49,196 bases of DNA from an uncultured Bacilli bacterium (GCA_944358165.1 CALVQS010000001.1:1-49196), one strand, 5' to 3'; numbered from the stretch's first letter, positions 16,740 to 25,886 are shown. Translations and numbers: made by a program. The notes: generated by a model not told the origin, from the sequence alone.

Positions 16740-18396
16740 AAGAAGTGCCTCCATTACTTTGAACTGTTTGTGCCGGTATCATATCAACTACTTTGATGAA
16801 ATCATCACCATCTTCTTCGCTAAACAAATCATCAATTTGCGTATCCAGTGTTTCTTCCACCTCTTCTTTTGGTCGCTCTACACTTGGAGTATTCATAGTA
16901 CCAAGAAGCATCTCAATTTGATCATAAATTTCATCTGGAGTCTTATCAAATTTTTGACGATTCTTAATCTGTTTAATTTCTTCATTAATAATCTTTAATT
17001 TTTCTTTATCTCTTTCTTCTTCAATATAGTCCTTATTTACTTCATCCATAATTTGTAAATGTTGAAGTTCCTCTATTTCTTTTGTATGTTCAGCAATATT
17101 TTGATTATATTTTGAAACAATCTTATGAATTGCATTTGAAACCGTTATTTGAAATAACAAATCTTTTTTATAACTAGCAAGCAAATCTTCTAAAACCTGT
17201 TTTTCTTTTTCTTTCTTTAAAATGGCATTTTCCAAATTTGCTTTTGTTCTTCTTGATTTAGAAGAATCTTTTGCTAACTCTTGATATTCTTCTAAATCTT
17301 TACTTACTAAAGCGATTTCTTCTTCAACATCACGAATAAATACACTTAAATTTTGATTAATATCTTCTGTAATACGATTAATAAAAGATTCGTATTGCGA
17401 AGATTCTCCCTTTTGAGCTTCGATTCCTTTATTTAAATAATCGACTCTCTTACTTACAACATCACTATCAACACTAGCATAATTTTTAGTATCAATATAA
17501 TTTGATAATTCGGTTCTTTCACTTTCTTTTTTCTCTAATTCTTCATCTAAAACGCTTAAATTCGTAATATCCATAAAAGGTTTAGATTTAACAATTTCTA
17601 AAAGCTCTTTAATTTTATTTAAAGCTTCCGTATAGTTGTTATTGGAAATTAACTCTTTCGCATCTGCACCAATCATATTTGGATCGGTTAAATATTCTAA
17701 TTTTTTCTTTTGAAGTTCATCTAAAGAATCATTTAAAGATTGTAATTCTTTTTCATCTTGTGCCTTTAAATCTTCATCAATATAAGTATTTGGATTATTT
17801 AAATTATCTTGAACTTCTTTGAGTCTCGCCTCATCATTACTTTTCTTTTCTAAAAGTTCATTTTTAGCTTGTTCATGTAGTTCAATTTCTTTTAAAATTG
17901 CATCATGCTTTTTTGTTTTATGCTCTAATTCTTCTTCAAGCTTTTTTGTATGTTCCTTTTCATTGCTAACAATATTTTGATAAGCATCACTTACTTGATC
18001 TTTATTCTTCTCATCTAAAATACTAACATACTTCCGATTTTCTTCTATTTTTTCATTCAAGCGATCAAGCTCTCTTGCTAGTTTTGCTTCATCTGCCTTA
18101 ACACCCTTTAATTCAAAATCAAGTTCTTTAATCTTCCTATTTAGGCGAGTAATCTTAGATTTTAAACTAACTTCAATATTTTTATCAACAAGTTCACTAG
18201 ACGCATTAAAATAACGAGTATCATTCATTATACTCTTCAAATCATCCAATCTTTGTTTTTTATCTTGAATATCTTTATTAATTTGTGTTAAATCAGTCTC
18301 AAGATCCTGTTCATTAACATTTGATCCTGCCATTTCTACTAATAAATCGATATTATTAAATATTTCTGTGTGCATAAATCCACTGCCACCCACCAT
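16729..18396 (-). CDS. long coiled-coil protein, function unknown
   Basis: 555 aa, very rich in E, K, L and N, with heptad-like stretches throughout and no TM segment or enzymatic motif. The start is uncertain (ATG 18396 or 18375). Confidence 0.65.
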   Translation of the reverse strand: MVGGSGFMHTEIFNNIDLLVEMAGSNVNEQDLETDLTQINKDIQDKKQRLDDLKSIMNDTRYFNASSELVDKNIEVSLKSKITRLNRKIKELDFELKGVKADEAKLARELDRLNEKIEENRKYVSILDEKNKDQVSDAYQNIVSNEKEHTKKLEEELEHKTKKHDAILKEIELHEQAKNELLEKKSNDEARLKEVQDNLNNPNTYIDEDLKAQDEKELQSLNDSLDELQKKKLEYLTDPNMIGADAKELISNNNYTEALNKIKELLEIVKSKPFMDITNLSVLDEELEKKESERTELSNYIDTKNYASVDSDVVSKRVDYLNKGIEAQKGESSQYESFINRITEDINQNLSVFIRDVEEEIALVSKDLEEYQELAKDSSKSRRTKANLENAILKKEKEKQVLEDLLASYKKDLLFQITVSNAIHKIVSKYNQNIAEHTKEIEELQHLQIMDEVNKDYIEEERDKEKLKIINEEIKQIKNRQKFDKTPDEIYDQIEMLLGTMNTPSVERPKEEVEETLDTQIDDLFSEEDGDDFIKVVDMIPAQTVQSNGGTSYGA

Positions 18397-18572
18397 TTCT
18401 TATTCTAATATAATGTTATCACATCTAAACAAATTTTACAAGAAAAAGATATGGAACGAAAATCTATAAAAAATTTATTTTTACTAAAACAAATACATAA
18501 TTAATTAAAACAAGAATATAATATTATATACATAATATAAAGCAATTATACATATTATATGTAGTAAAAACA

Positions 18573-18601
18573 TTGACATAACTAAATTTATATGATATTA
18601 T
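18573..18601 (+). promoter_or_regulatory. sigma-A type promoter of the dinJ-yafQ pair
   Basis: TTGACA, a 17-nt spacer, then TATTAT, 25 nt upstream of the antitoxin start. A 13-bp palindrome ACATATTATATGT sits just upstream (18550-18562). Confidence 0.5.
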
Positions 18602-18626
18602 CTTAAATAGAAAGTGAGATGATTAT

Positions 18627-18914
18627 ATGGCTAGTACAACAAGTGCAATAAATATTAACGTGGATACTCATATCAAAAATGAAGCAACTGCAATCTTAAA
18701 AAGTCTAGGATTAAATATGAGCACCTTTATTAACATGGCATTAATACAAGTAATCAAAAAAAATGGTGTACCATTTGACATCGTAAACGAATCTCCAAAC
18801 CAAGAAATGTTAGAAGCATTAAAAGAAGTAAAAGAAATGATTAATAATCCCGAAAAATATCCAAGATACAGCAATAGAGAAGATTTAAAGAAAGCTTTAT
18901 TATCTGATGACTAA
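18627..18914 (+). CDS. dinJ: RelB/DinJ-family antitoxin
   Basis: INVDTHIKNEATAILKSLGLNMSTFINMAL... ribbon-helix-helix DinJ pattern. 8-nt overlap with the toxin gene. Confidence 0.85.
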   Translation: MASTTSAININVDTHIKNEATAILKSLGLNMSTFINMALIQVIKKNGVPFDIVNESPNQEMLEALKEVKEMINNPEKYPRYSNREDLKKALLSDD

Positions 18915-19200
18915 ATATAAGTATAGCGTAGTATATTCTACAAAATTCAAAAAGTCTCTAAAAAAAATTCAAAAACAAAGCAAAAATATTGATGAATTAT
19001 TGGATGTGATTGACAAATTAGCCTTAAAAGAAGAACTAGACGCAAAATACAGAAATCATAAATTAATAGATGATAAAAACTACAAAAATTGTTATGAATG
19101 TCATATAAAACCTGATTGGCTATTAATTTATCAATATGTAGACAATGAACTATTGCTTTTATTAATTAATACGGGAAGTCATAGTGATCTATTTAACTAA
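18907..19200 (+). CDS. yafQ: YafQ-family mRNA interferase toxin (RelE superfamily)
   Basis: KYRNHKL...YECHIKPDWLLIYQ...LLLINTGSHSDLF is the typical YafQ C-terminal signature. Confidence 0.85.
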   Translation: MTKYKYSVVYSTKFKKSLKKIQKQSKNIDELLDVIDKLALKEELDAKYRNHKLIDDKNYKNCYECHIKPDWLLIYQYVDNELLLLLINTGSHSDLFN

Positions 19201-19229
19201 TAAGGAATCTAAAAAATCCTTATTTTTTT
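19201..19229 (+). terminator. putative terminator after yafQ
   Basis: TAAGGA/TCCTTA stem with a 10-nt loop, followed by T7. Confidence 0.45.
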
Positions 19230-19253
19230 ATATAAGAAAAAAGGACATCATTT

Positions 19254-19811
19254 CTAATATCCTTTTTTCTTATAATACATAAATAACTCTTTAAAGCGAT
19301 TATAATGAACAACTTCTCTTTGTCTTAAAAACAAAAGTACTCGAATAACATCTTCATCATCTGTTAAATTAATTAAATTTTCATAAGTAGCTCGAGCTTT
19401 TTGTTCAGCAGCCATATCTTCCATAATATCTGCTAAAGGATCTCCTGTTACAGCAAAATAACTAACAGTAAAAGGAACTCCATTCGCATCCGTTGGATAA
19501 ACTCCTTTACCATGTTCAGCAAACATAGAACCAAGTCCAGCATCTTCCATTTCCTTGACACTAGCATTTTTAGTTAGTTGATGAACCATGGTTGCAATCA
19601 TTTCACAATGTCCAAGTTCTTCTGTTGCAATATCATTTAATAGTGCTTTTCCATAATCATCAGGCATACTAAACTTTTGAGAAAAATAACGCATAGAAGC
19701 AGCAAGTTCCCCATTGGAACCTCCAAGCTGCGTAATTAAGTACTTTGCCATAGCTAAATCTTTTTTCTTAATATTAATTGGATAGTTTGTGTGTTTTACA
19801 TACTTAAACAT
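19254..19811 (-). CDS. cotJC: manganese catalase-family spore coat protein CotJC
   Basis: ELAASMRYFSQ and EELGHCEMIA di-metal ferritin-like motifs. ATG at 19811 (MFKYVKH) overlaps the cotJB stop by 8 nt. Confidence 0.88.
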   Translation of the reverse strand: MFKYVKHTNYPINIKKKDLAMAKYLITQLGGSNGELAASMRYFSQKFSMPDDYGKALLNDIATEELGHCEMIATMVHQLTKNASVKEMEDAGLGSMFAEHGKGVYPTDANGVPFTVSYFAVTGDPLADIMEDMAAEQKARATYENLINLTDDEDVIRVLLFLRQREVVHYNRFKELFMYYKKKGY

Positions 19812-20238
19812 ACATACTACCCCCTTTATTATCCCAAGTCCATGGACTATTAATCCAATTAAACTTCGAACCATTTACCTCACTCACCTCAAGTGGTCCA
19901 TATTTCTTAACATATTCTTGACACTTCATTTCTTCTTCATTCACATACTTTTTAAACAAAGCGAGCACTTCTTTATCATCAGGATGCAAATCTAAATACA
20001 AATTAAGATCATTCACTGCAAAAGATAAAGCCATAACTTGATACAACAATCTTTCTTGTTCGTCACGACCAACTAATTTAAAATAAGTTAAATTTTTGTA
20101 TGGTTCATACTCATCTTGAAACATATTTCCTCTTAAAAATCCTTCCATAGGACTTAAAATATTAACTGTACGATTAAAATTTACATCTGGAATAAAAAAA
20201 GCCATATTAACATCAAAATCATTATCTTCAAATAACAC
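19804..20238 (-). CDS. cotJB: spore coat protein CotJB with a CotJA-like N-terminal extension
   Basis: CotJB core LLYQVMALSFAVNDLNLYLDLHPDD ... YGPL ... SPWTW. The N-terminal ~55 aa (MEGFLRGNMFQDEYEPYK) resembles CotJA. GTG start with AGGAGG RBS. Confidence 0.75.
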   Translation of the reverse strand: MLFEDNDFDVNMAFFIPDVNFNRTVNILSPMEGFLRGNMFQDEYEPYKNLTYFKLVGRDEQERLLYQVMALSFAVNDLNLYLDLHPDDKEVLALFKKYVNEEEMKCQEYVKKYGPLEVSEVNGSKFNWINSPWTWDNKGGSMYV

Positions 20239-20294
20239 TTCAAATTACCTCCTAAAGTATCATATGAACATCCAAAAATAATGACTAGTCAAAA

Positions 20295-21833
20295 GCCTAA
20301 AAAAAAGATAATAGCATGTATTATCCTTACCTACGGACAGTTTTTTAAATGAGTAAGGCCGATAAATTTTATTATCGACCTAAAACTCTTCTTAAAACAT
20401 ATTAAAAACAGCTCATTTATGCTACAATAGTTTTGATAATAGAAAGTAGCTAAGCTGTATGTATAAATTTTATAATAATCAATTTAAATTTGCAAGTGGT
20501 TTTAAAAACTTTTTAATCAAATCGATTCCTAATATCAGGAAAACTCAACTCAATATTATTCCTTATATTATTTTAGGCATGATTATTTCTGAATCTTGTG
20601 TCCCTTCTGATATTGCAAAAGTCTTAAAAGAGGAATTTTCTTCTATTCATTTTGATTCGATTATCAAAAGAATTAGAAGATTCTTCTCTAATAAATTATT
20701 TAAACCTTATATTTTTTATAGACATTTAATTGTTTATGTTCTTAAAAGTTTTGTCCCGAAACATAGTGATAAAGTTCTTTATATTACTTTTGACCACATG
20801 TTTAGTAAACATAATTATACTGTTTTTATGATGACTTTACGTGTTGGTACTTTTGGTATTCCTATTTATTTTAAGTACTTTAAAGATGTTTCTAATAATG
20901 ATGCTTTTAAATTTAATACGATTGAATCAGGTATTAGGTCTGTTTCTGCTCTATTTAAAAATACCGATTTTAAATTAGTATTTTTGGCTGATCGTTGGTT
21001 TGGTTCTTTTAAAATTCTTAGAATTATTGATGAACTGAAACATATTTATTGTATTAGACTAAAAGGTAATATCATAGTTTATAAAGATGGAAATAAATTT
21101 AAAGCTAAAAAATTAAAGCACCGTAAATATCATTCTGTAATTCATAAAGATGTTTTAATTACTGATGAAAGGTATAAAACAAATATTGTTTATTCACCAA
21201 CCAACAACACTAAAGATCCTTGGATTATTGTTACCAATGGTGATCCTTCAAAAGCTTTAAAAAGTTATTCTTATCGCTTTGGTTCAATTGAAACAATGTT
21301 TAAAGCTCAAAAATCCAATGGTTTTAACTTAGAAAAAATTTCTAATTCTAGTTTAGAATCTTTTGAAACTATGTATACTTTGGTTTGTACTTGTATTTTA
21401 TACCTAACTATTTTGGGGATAGATTACTCTAAAAATACAAGATGTTACAGGAATGTAAAGATTGAAACGCATAAAACCTATATAACAGATGGTAAGAAAA
21501 TCAAAAAAAGAATTATGTCTTTATTTAATGTCGGATTAACTTTATTTAAGCTTGCTTTTAACTCTTTAAATTACATTAGAATTCCACTTACTTTCAAACT
21601 TTATGATGTCTGAGTTCGGAAACTGAACTCCATAATTGAAAAAAATGTAAAAATCTTTTTTGCGTGCAATAATTTTCACATTTTTATATTGAATTTCTAA
21701 TTTATGAAACGGGTTTAGTTATTTGTATATAAAATACTCATCTAGTGGTCGTACTTTTTCCTCTACAAACCAACATAGATACAGGGATTATTTAAAACTG
21801 TCCGCAGATAAGTTCTGCTGATTATCTTTTAGG
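20295..21833 (+). mobile_element. IS element (IS4/IS701-like DDE transposase), boundaries approximate
   Basis: Imperfect inverted ends: CCTAAAA..GATAAT...CTACGGACAGTTTT on the left (20295-20345) against AAAACTGTCCGCAG...ATTATC.TTTTAGG on the right (21795-21833). The core CGGACAGTTTT is shared. A single transposase ORF lies inside. Confidence 0.65.
20459..21613 (+). CDS. DDE transposase (IS4/IS701-like)
   Basis: Candidate DDE residues in ITFDHMF, FLADRWFGS and YSYRFGSIETMFKAQK (a YREK-like signature). Confidence 0.8.
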   Translation: MYKFYNNQFKFASGFKNFLIKSIPNIRKTQLNIIPYIILGMIISESCVPSDIAKVLKEEFSSIHFDSIIKRIRRFFSNKLFKPYIFYRHLIVYVLKSFVPKHSDKVLYITFDHMFSKHNYTVFMMTLRVGTFGIPIYFKYFKDVSNNDAFKFNTIESGIRSVSALFKNTDFKLVFLADRWFGSFKILRIIDELKHIYCIRLKGNIIVYKDGNKFKAKKLKHRKYHSVIHKDVLITDERYKTNIVYSPTNNTKDPWIIVTNGDPSKALKSYSYRFGSIETMFKAQKSNGFNLEKISNSSLESFETMYTLVCTCILYLTILGIDYSKNTRCYRNVKIETHKTYITDGKKIKKRIMSLFNVGLTLFKLAFNSLNYIRIPLTFKLYDV

Positions 21834-21884
21834 TAAAATAGAAAGTCCAAAATATTTCAAATAAAAAGCACTAACTATAACTAG

Positions 21885-22646
21885 TTAATGTTTTTTTCTT
21901 TTCATACTTTTTCTCTTTTTAGAAGGAGTTTTTTTCTGATTATTTTTATTTGTACTTTTCTTCTTAGCAGAAGACTTTGAAGTAGTAGCTTTTTTAGTAC
22001 CTGTTGTTTTCTTAGCAGTTGATTGTGTTTTTTTTGCTCCACTAGTCGTACTAGCTTTAGTATTATTATTCTTTTTTGTTGTAGTGCTTTTTCTTTTTTG
22101 AGTACTTCCACTCCTACTAGTACTTTTCTTAACAGTAGTTTTCTTAGCATTACTCGTTTTATTATTTGATTTTGTACCAGTTTTACTATTTTTAGTAGAA
22201 GTCGTCTTAGGTTTATGAACTTCTTTTTTCTTTTCTATTTCTTTCGTTTCTTCTAATTCAGGAAGTTCTTTATGTTCTTCTTCCTTTAATTCAATTTTTT
22301 CTTTTGTCTCTATCTTAATTTTCTCTTCTTCTAAAACTTTAGGAGATATCTCTTCTTGAACTACAACTTCTTTCATGAATAATTTTCGGAACAAAGGAAT
22401 AGATACCAAGCACTCTTTCAATTTCTTCCAATCAAATTTTTCTTTAACTTTTTCTTTCTTATCTTCTTTTACTTCTGGTACTTCCTTTATTTCTTCTTTT
22501 ACTACTTCTATTTTAGAATTAAGTCGTTCTTGTTTTCTTTTACTTAAATATATACACAAAAAAGTAATACCAATACATATTAAAGTAATAAAATAAGCCG
22601 ATATAATTGCAATAAAGAAAATATCAATTGGATCAAACTTTCCCAT
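21885..22646 (-). CDS. membrane-anchored protein with an E/K-rich linker and a very basic K/T/S-rich tail
   Basis: One N-terminal TM helix, an EEKIKIETKEKIELKEEE linker, and then about 110 aa composed almost entirely of K, T, S and N. ATG at 22646 with AAGGAG RBS. Confidence 0.55.
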   Translation of the reverse strand: MGKFDPIDIFFIAIISAYFITLICIGITFLCIYLSKRKQERLNSKIEVVKEEIKEVPEVKEDKKEKVKEKFDWKKLKECLVSIPLFRKLFMKEVVVQEEISPKVLEEEKIKIETKEKIELKEEEHKELPELEETKEIEKKKEVHKPKTTSTKNSKTGTKSNNKTSNAKKTTVKKSTSRSGSTQKRKSTTTKKNNNTKASTTSGAKKTQSTAKKTTGTKKATTSKSSAKKKSTNKNNQKKTPSKKRKSMKRKKH

Positions 22647-22661
22647 GTATACCACTCCTTT

Positions 22662-23303
22662 TTAAATTTCTTCTTCTACACTAGGTTGATAAGAAGCAAC
22701 TGAAAGCTTATTTGCCTCTCTTACAAAATAAATCGTTCCTTCTGTATCATAACCTAAATCTTCTTCATATTCATAATTCATTGTAACTTTAATTGCTTCC
22801 ATTTCTTCATCATCTAAAGTAAATGTTGTATTTTCTGTATTTAATATTGTTACATTTGTAATTTCTGGTAAATCTTGAACACGATTGCGATAGGTATTAT
22901 CAATAATATCACGATAAACAGTATCAACTGCTTTTTGCCTAAACATATCTACTTTACTACTTAAAATATATTCTAGACTTCCTACATCATACTTATTAAT
23001 TTTATTATCCAATGTATAAAAATCAATTACAAACAGTTTAGCTAAAGTATTTGCATAACTAGTATAATCCACTGTATCTGCATTTAAAATATCTTCAAGT
23101 TCATAAAATGTTTCTTTCATGTAATCCGTATCACGATCATCTAATGTATAACCATAATCACTAATATTAGAAATAACATTTGATACATTAGCATCCACTT
23201 TTTCCTCTTCCTTAGAAAAGAAAATTTTTAAAACTCCAACACCAATTACTAGAACTAATAAAACACCAATAACAATTAACCCGATTTTATATCTTTTTCT
23301 CAT
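22662..23303 (-). CDS. hypothetical membrane-anchored extracytoplasmic protein
   Basis: N-terminal TM anchor followed by an acidic globular domain. Overlaps the ltaS-family gene stop by 4 nt. Confidence 0.6.
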   Translation of the reverse strand: MRKRYKIGLIVIGVLLVLVIGVGVLKIFFSKEEEKVDANVSNVISNISDYGYTLDDRDTDYMKETFYELEDILNADTVDYTSYANTLAKLFVIDFYTLDNKINKYDVGSLEYILSSKVDMFRQKAVDTVYRDIIDNTYRNRVQDLPEITNVTILNTENTTFTLDDEEMEAIKVTMNYEYEEDLGYDTEGTIYFVREANKLSVASYQPSVEEEI

Positions 23304-25378
23304 TCGCTTACCTCATTTTCTTTCATTTCTAGTACCGTATCTCCTTCATTTTTAATCAAATCATGAACAATGATGGCATTCGATACTTCAAGGATCTGTT
23401 CTGTTTTTGTTTGTAAATTCGTAATATAATCCGTCGTAAGTTCTGCGCCTTCTTTAATAACTTTATATTGTCCTTCTGAATTATTATAATATATTAAATT
23501 TGTAAGGAAATTACCATTTGGAAACACAACATAATTATCATCTTTAATATTAAAGATATCATGTCCCATTGCAAATGGATTTTCAATACCAAGCATATTA
23601 CCTAATGTTGGCATAACATCATACATACCCATAACATAATCTACTTCACCATGAAGCTTACTTCTAAGTTCGCTATTCTTTGTCCAAATAATAAGTGGCG
23701 TATTTTTATTTAGTTCATGATCATATTCATCATAAGGAACATAAGTAGGATCATCTTCGGTTTTCACTTCACCAGTCTTATAATCATAATTATATAAATA
23801 ATTAATTTCATTTCTAGACAATTTCGCATCATGATCTCCATATAATACAAATACTGTATTATCAAATTCATCTGATTCATTTACATATTGGAAAAATTCT
23901 CCTAAAGCCGCATCCGCATAATGACTACTCATAATATAATTTCCAACATCACTACCATAAAGGTAATTGGTTGTAACTTCCGTGCATTCTAAAGTTTCCT
24001 CATCACATTCTTCATAAGTAGTTGACATATCATATTCGCCATATTTATCTAAGAACTTAAAAGGAGAGTGATTTGATAAAGTAATAATGGTACCCATATA
24101 ATTCGTATGAGTTGCTTCGATATTTTCCATAATTGGTACCACTTGTTCGAAGAACTTTTTATCACTAATACCCAAATTAATATATTCCAAATTATTTGGA
24201 TCTTCACTATCTTTATTATAAGTATAAGTATCTTCAAAATACATATCATCATAACCCAAAAGTGGATGAACCGTAGCACGATTCCACATAGAAGCATAAT
24301 TACCATGCATACTAAACGTATAATATCCCTTTTCTTTTAAAAGTTTTGGAATCGTAATATAATCGCGATCATAATAAGAAGTAAATACTGCTCCACTAGC
24401 CGCTGGCATTAAACTTGTTGTTAAAGTAAATTCGGTATCACTAGATGTACCTATACTTACTTGTGGATAAAATCTTGAGAAGAACAACCCTTCACTAGCA
24501 ATTTGATTCAAATTAGGAGTTGCCTCTACCCCATTAAATTCTACATCCATTAAGAAAGTTTGCATTCCTTCCATATGAATAAAGACAATATTATATCCTT
24601 CTAAAATACCCGTATACTTATTATCACCATCATACTCATCAATATCTTCACTAGTAAAATAATCAATAAAACTTTGAGCAGCTTCTTCATATCCAAACAA
24701 GCTACTAAATTTTGGAGTAAGAGTTTGAATTAAATCATTAATCTGATAAAGTACTAATCCAAATCGCTCTACAACATATACCCGATTCCATTGTTTCGCA
24801 AGTCTTGAATAATCCGTACCAGTAGCAGTTACAAAAGTATATGCTAAAAATAAACAACCCACTAAAAGGGTAACTACACACATTTTCTTTCCTTTTTCAA
24901 CCACACTCATAAAATTATAATAAGCTGTCTTATATAGTTTTTTATGAATAAAATAAAATAAAAAAGGAAATAAAATATACATCAAATCCGTAAGTTTTAA
25001 TCTTTCATAAACAGAACCCATAACCGTTTCTGTTTGCCCAACCGTTCCAAGTTCTCCAAAAGAAGCAAAAGAAGTATAGAAAGTATAATATACTGAGTTA
25101 ATAACTTCCATTAAAGTAAAAACAATTAGTACAATCATAAAATATCGATACTGATTCTTAGGTTTTACTAAATACCCCAAAGAACCAATAATCAGTACCA
25201 ATGCTAAATCTGAAACAAAAGCAGGAAAATCCCACATATTACCAATCGTAAAATTTCTTACTAACATAAGTCCAAGCATAGCAATAAAAACGTATGTTAT
25301 AAAAAGACGATTCGTAGCAATATATTCAATAACATTTTTTCTAATTTTCCGAAAAAACATTTCAATCTTTTTTATCAT
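23300..25378 (-). CDS. ltaS: LTA synthase family protein (sulfatase domain, LtaS-like)
   Basis: Five N-terminal TM helices plus an extracellular sulfatase-fold domain (FIHMEGMQ..., SIGTSSDTEF, TLSNHSPF, YGDHD). Confidence 0.88.
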   Translation of the reverse strand: MIKKIEMFFRKIRKNVIEYIATNRLFITYVFIAMLGLMLVRNFTIGNMWDFPAFVSDLALVLIIGSLGYLVKPKNQYRYFMIVLIVFTLMEVINSVYYTFYTSFASFGELGTVGQTETVMGSVYERLKLTDLMYILFPFLFYFIHKKLYKTAYYNFMSVVEKGKKMCVVTLLVGCLFLAYTFVTATGTDYSRLAKQWNRVYVVERFGLVLYQINDLIQTLTPKFSSLFGYEEAAQSFIDYFTSEDIDEYDGDNKYTGILEGYNIVFIHMEGMQTFLMDVEFNGVEATPNLNQIASEGLFFSRFYPQVSIGTSSDTEFTLTTSLMPAASGAVFTSYYDRDYITIPKLLKEKGYYTFSMHGNYASMWNRATVHPLLGYDDMYFEDTYTYNKDSEDPNNLEYINLGISDKKFFEQVVPIMENIEATHTNYMGTIITLSNHSPFKFLDKYGEYDMSTTYEECDEETLECTEVTTNYLYGSDVGNYIMSSHYADAALGEFFQYVNESDEFDNTVFVLYGDHDAKLSRNEINYLYNYDYKTGEVKTEDDPTYVPYDEYDHELNKNTPLIIWTKNSELRSKLHGEVDYVMGMYDVMPTLGNMLGIENPFAMGHDIFNIKDDNYVVFPNGNFLTNLIYYNNSEGQYKVIKEGAELTTDYITNLQTKTEQILEVSNAIIVHDLIKNEGDTVLEMKENEVSE

Positions 25379-25436
25379 GATTCACCCTTCTTCAGACATA
25401 ATTATATAATAAAATAAGGATTTTTGCAATTTTTCC

Positions 25437-25465
25437 TTGCATTTAAGTGTATAATTTGATAATAT
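25437..25465 (+). promoter_or_regulatory. promoter of tRNA-Gly
   Basis: TTGCAT, a 17-nt spacer, then TAATAT. It ends 10 nt before the tRNA 5' end. Confidence 0.5.
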
Positions 25466-25475
25466 ATTTATGCAT

Positions 25476-25550
25476 GCAGGTATAGTACAGTGGTTAGTAT
25501 GCGACCTTGCCAAGGTTGAGACGGCAGTTCGAATCTGCTTACTTGCTCCA
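25476..25550 (+). tRNA. tRNA-Gly (anticodon GCC), CCA encoded
   Basis: Hand-folded cloverleaf: acceptor GCAGGTA/TACTTGC, D-stem GTAC/GTAT, anticodon stem CGACC/GGTTG with loop TTGCCAA, 4-nt variable loop, T-arm GGCAG-TTCGAAT-CTGCT, discriminator T plus CCA. Confidence 0.93.
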
Positions 25551-25560
25551 TTTGAAAACA

Positions 25561-25595
25561 ACTTACAAGTTTATATGCTTGTAAGTTTTTATTTT
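25561..25595 (+). terminator. intrinsic terminator after tRNA-Gly
   Basis: ACTTACAAG-TTTATATG-CTTGTAAGT followed by TTTTATTTT. Confidence 0.7.
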
Positions 25596-25649
25596 GTATA
25601 AACTTTAATGTTATCTAATCACAGAAAAGAGGACATACTTTCAAATCTT

Positions 25650-25886
25650 AAAAAAGTATATGCAAGAGTTAATACAGATACCTAAAGAAATAATGATTAT
25701 TCTATTGATTCATAACTTAGTATAATTAAAGAATATTGCGAAAAAAATGATTATAGTATTATTGATGTCTACAATAACGCAGATCATTTTGACAAAAATT
25801 TAATACAACCAAAATACAAAGATTACTTACAGATATTAAAGCTAAAAAATTGATATGTTAATTGTGGGCTTATATCAAGTTTCAAT
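25650..25886 (+). pseudogene. decayed N-terminal fragment of a serine recombinase/integrase
   Basis: The frame reads KKVYARVNTDT*RNNDYSIDS*LSIIKEYCEKNDYSIIDVYNNADHFDKNLIQPKYKDYLQILKLKN*YV. This matches the resolvase-domain pattern (YARVST..Q..SI..Q...L.EYC...G....VY.D.G.SG....RP.F..ML) but has 3 in-frame stops, Ser replaced by Asn, and truncation after about 78 codons. Confidence 0.65.

Noticed and set aside
21902-22150. Listed 82-aa ORF in an alternative frame inside the K/T/S-rich gene.
   Set aside because: It is a same-strand out-of-frame ORF produced by the low-complexity AAR/ACN repeats. There is no RBS, and the longer frame has the TM anchor and a good RBS.
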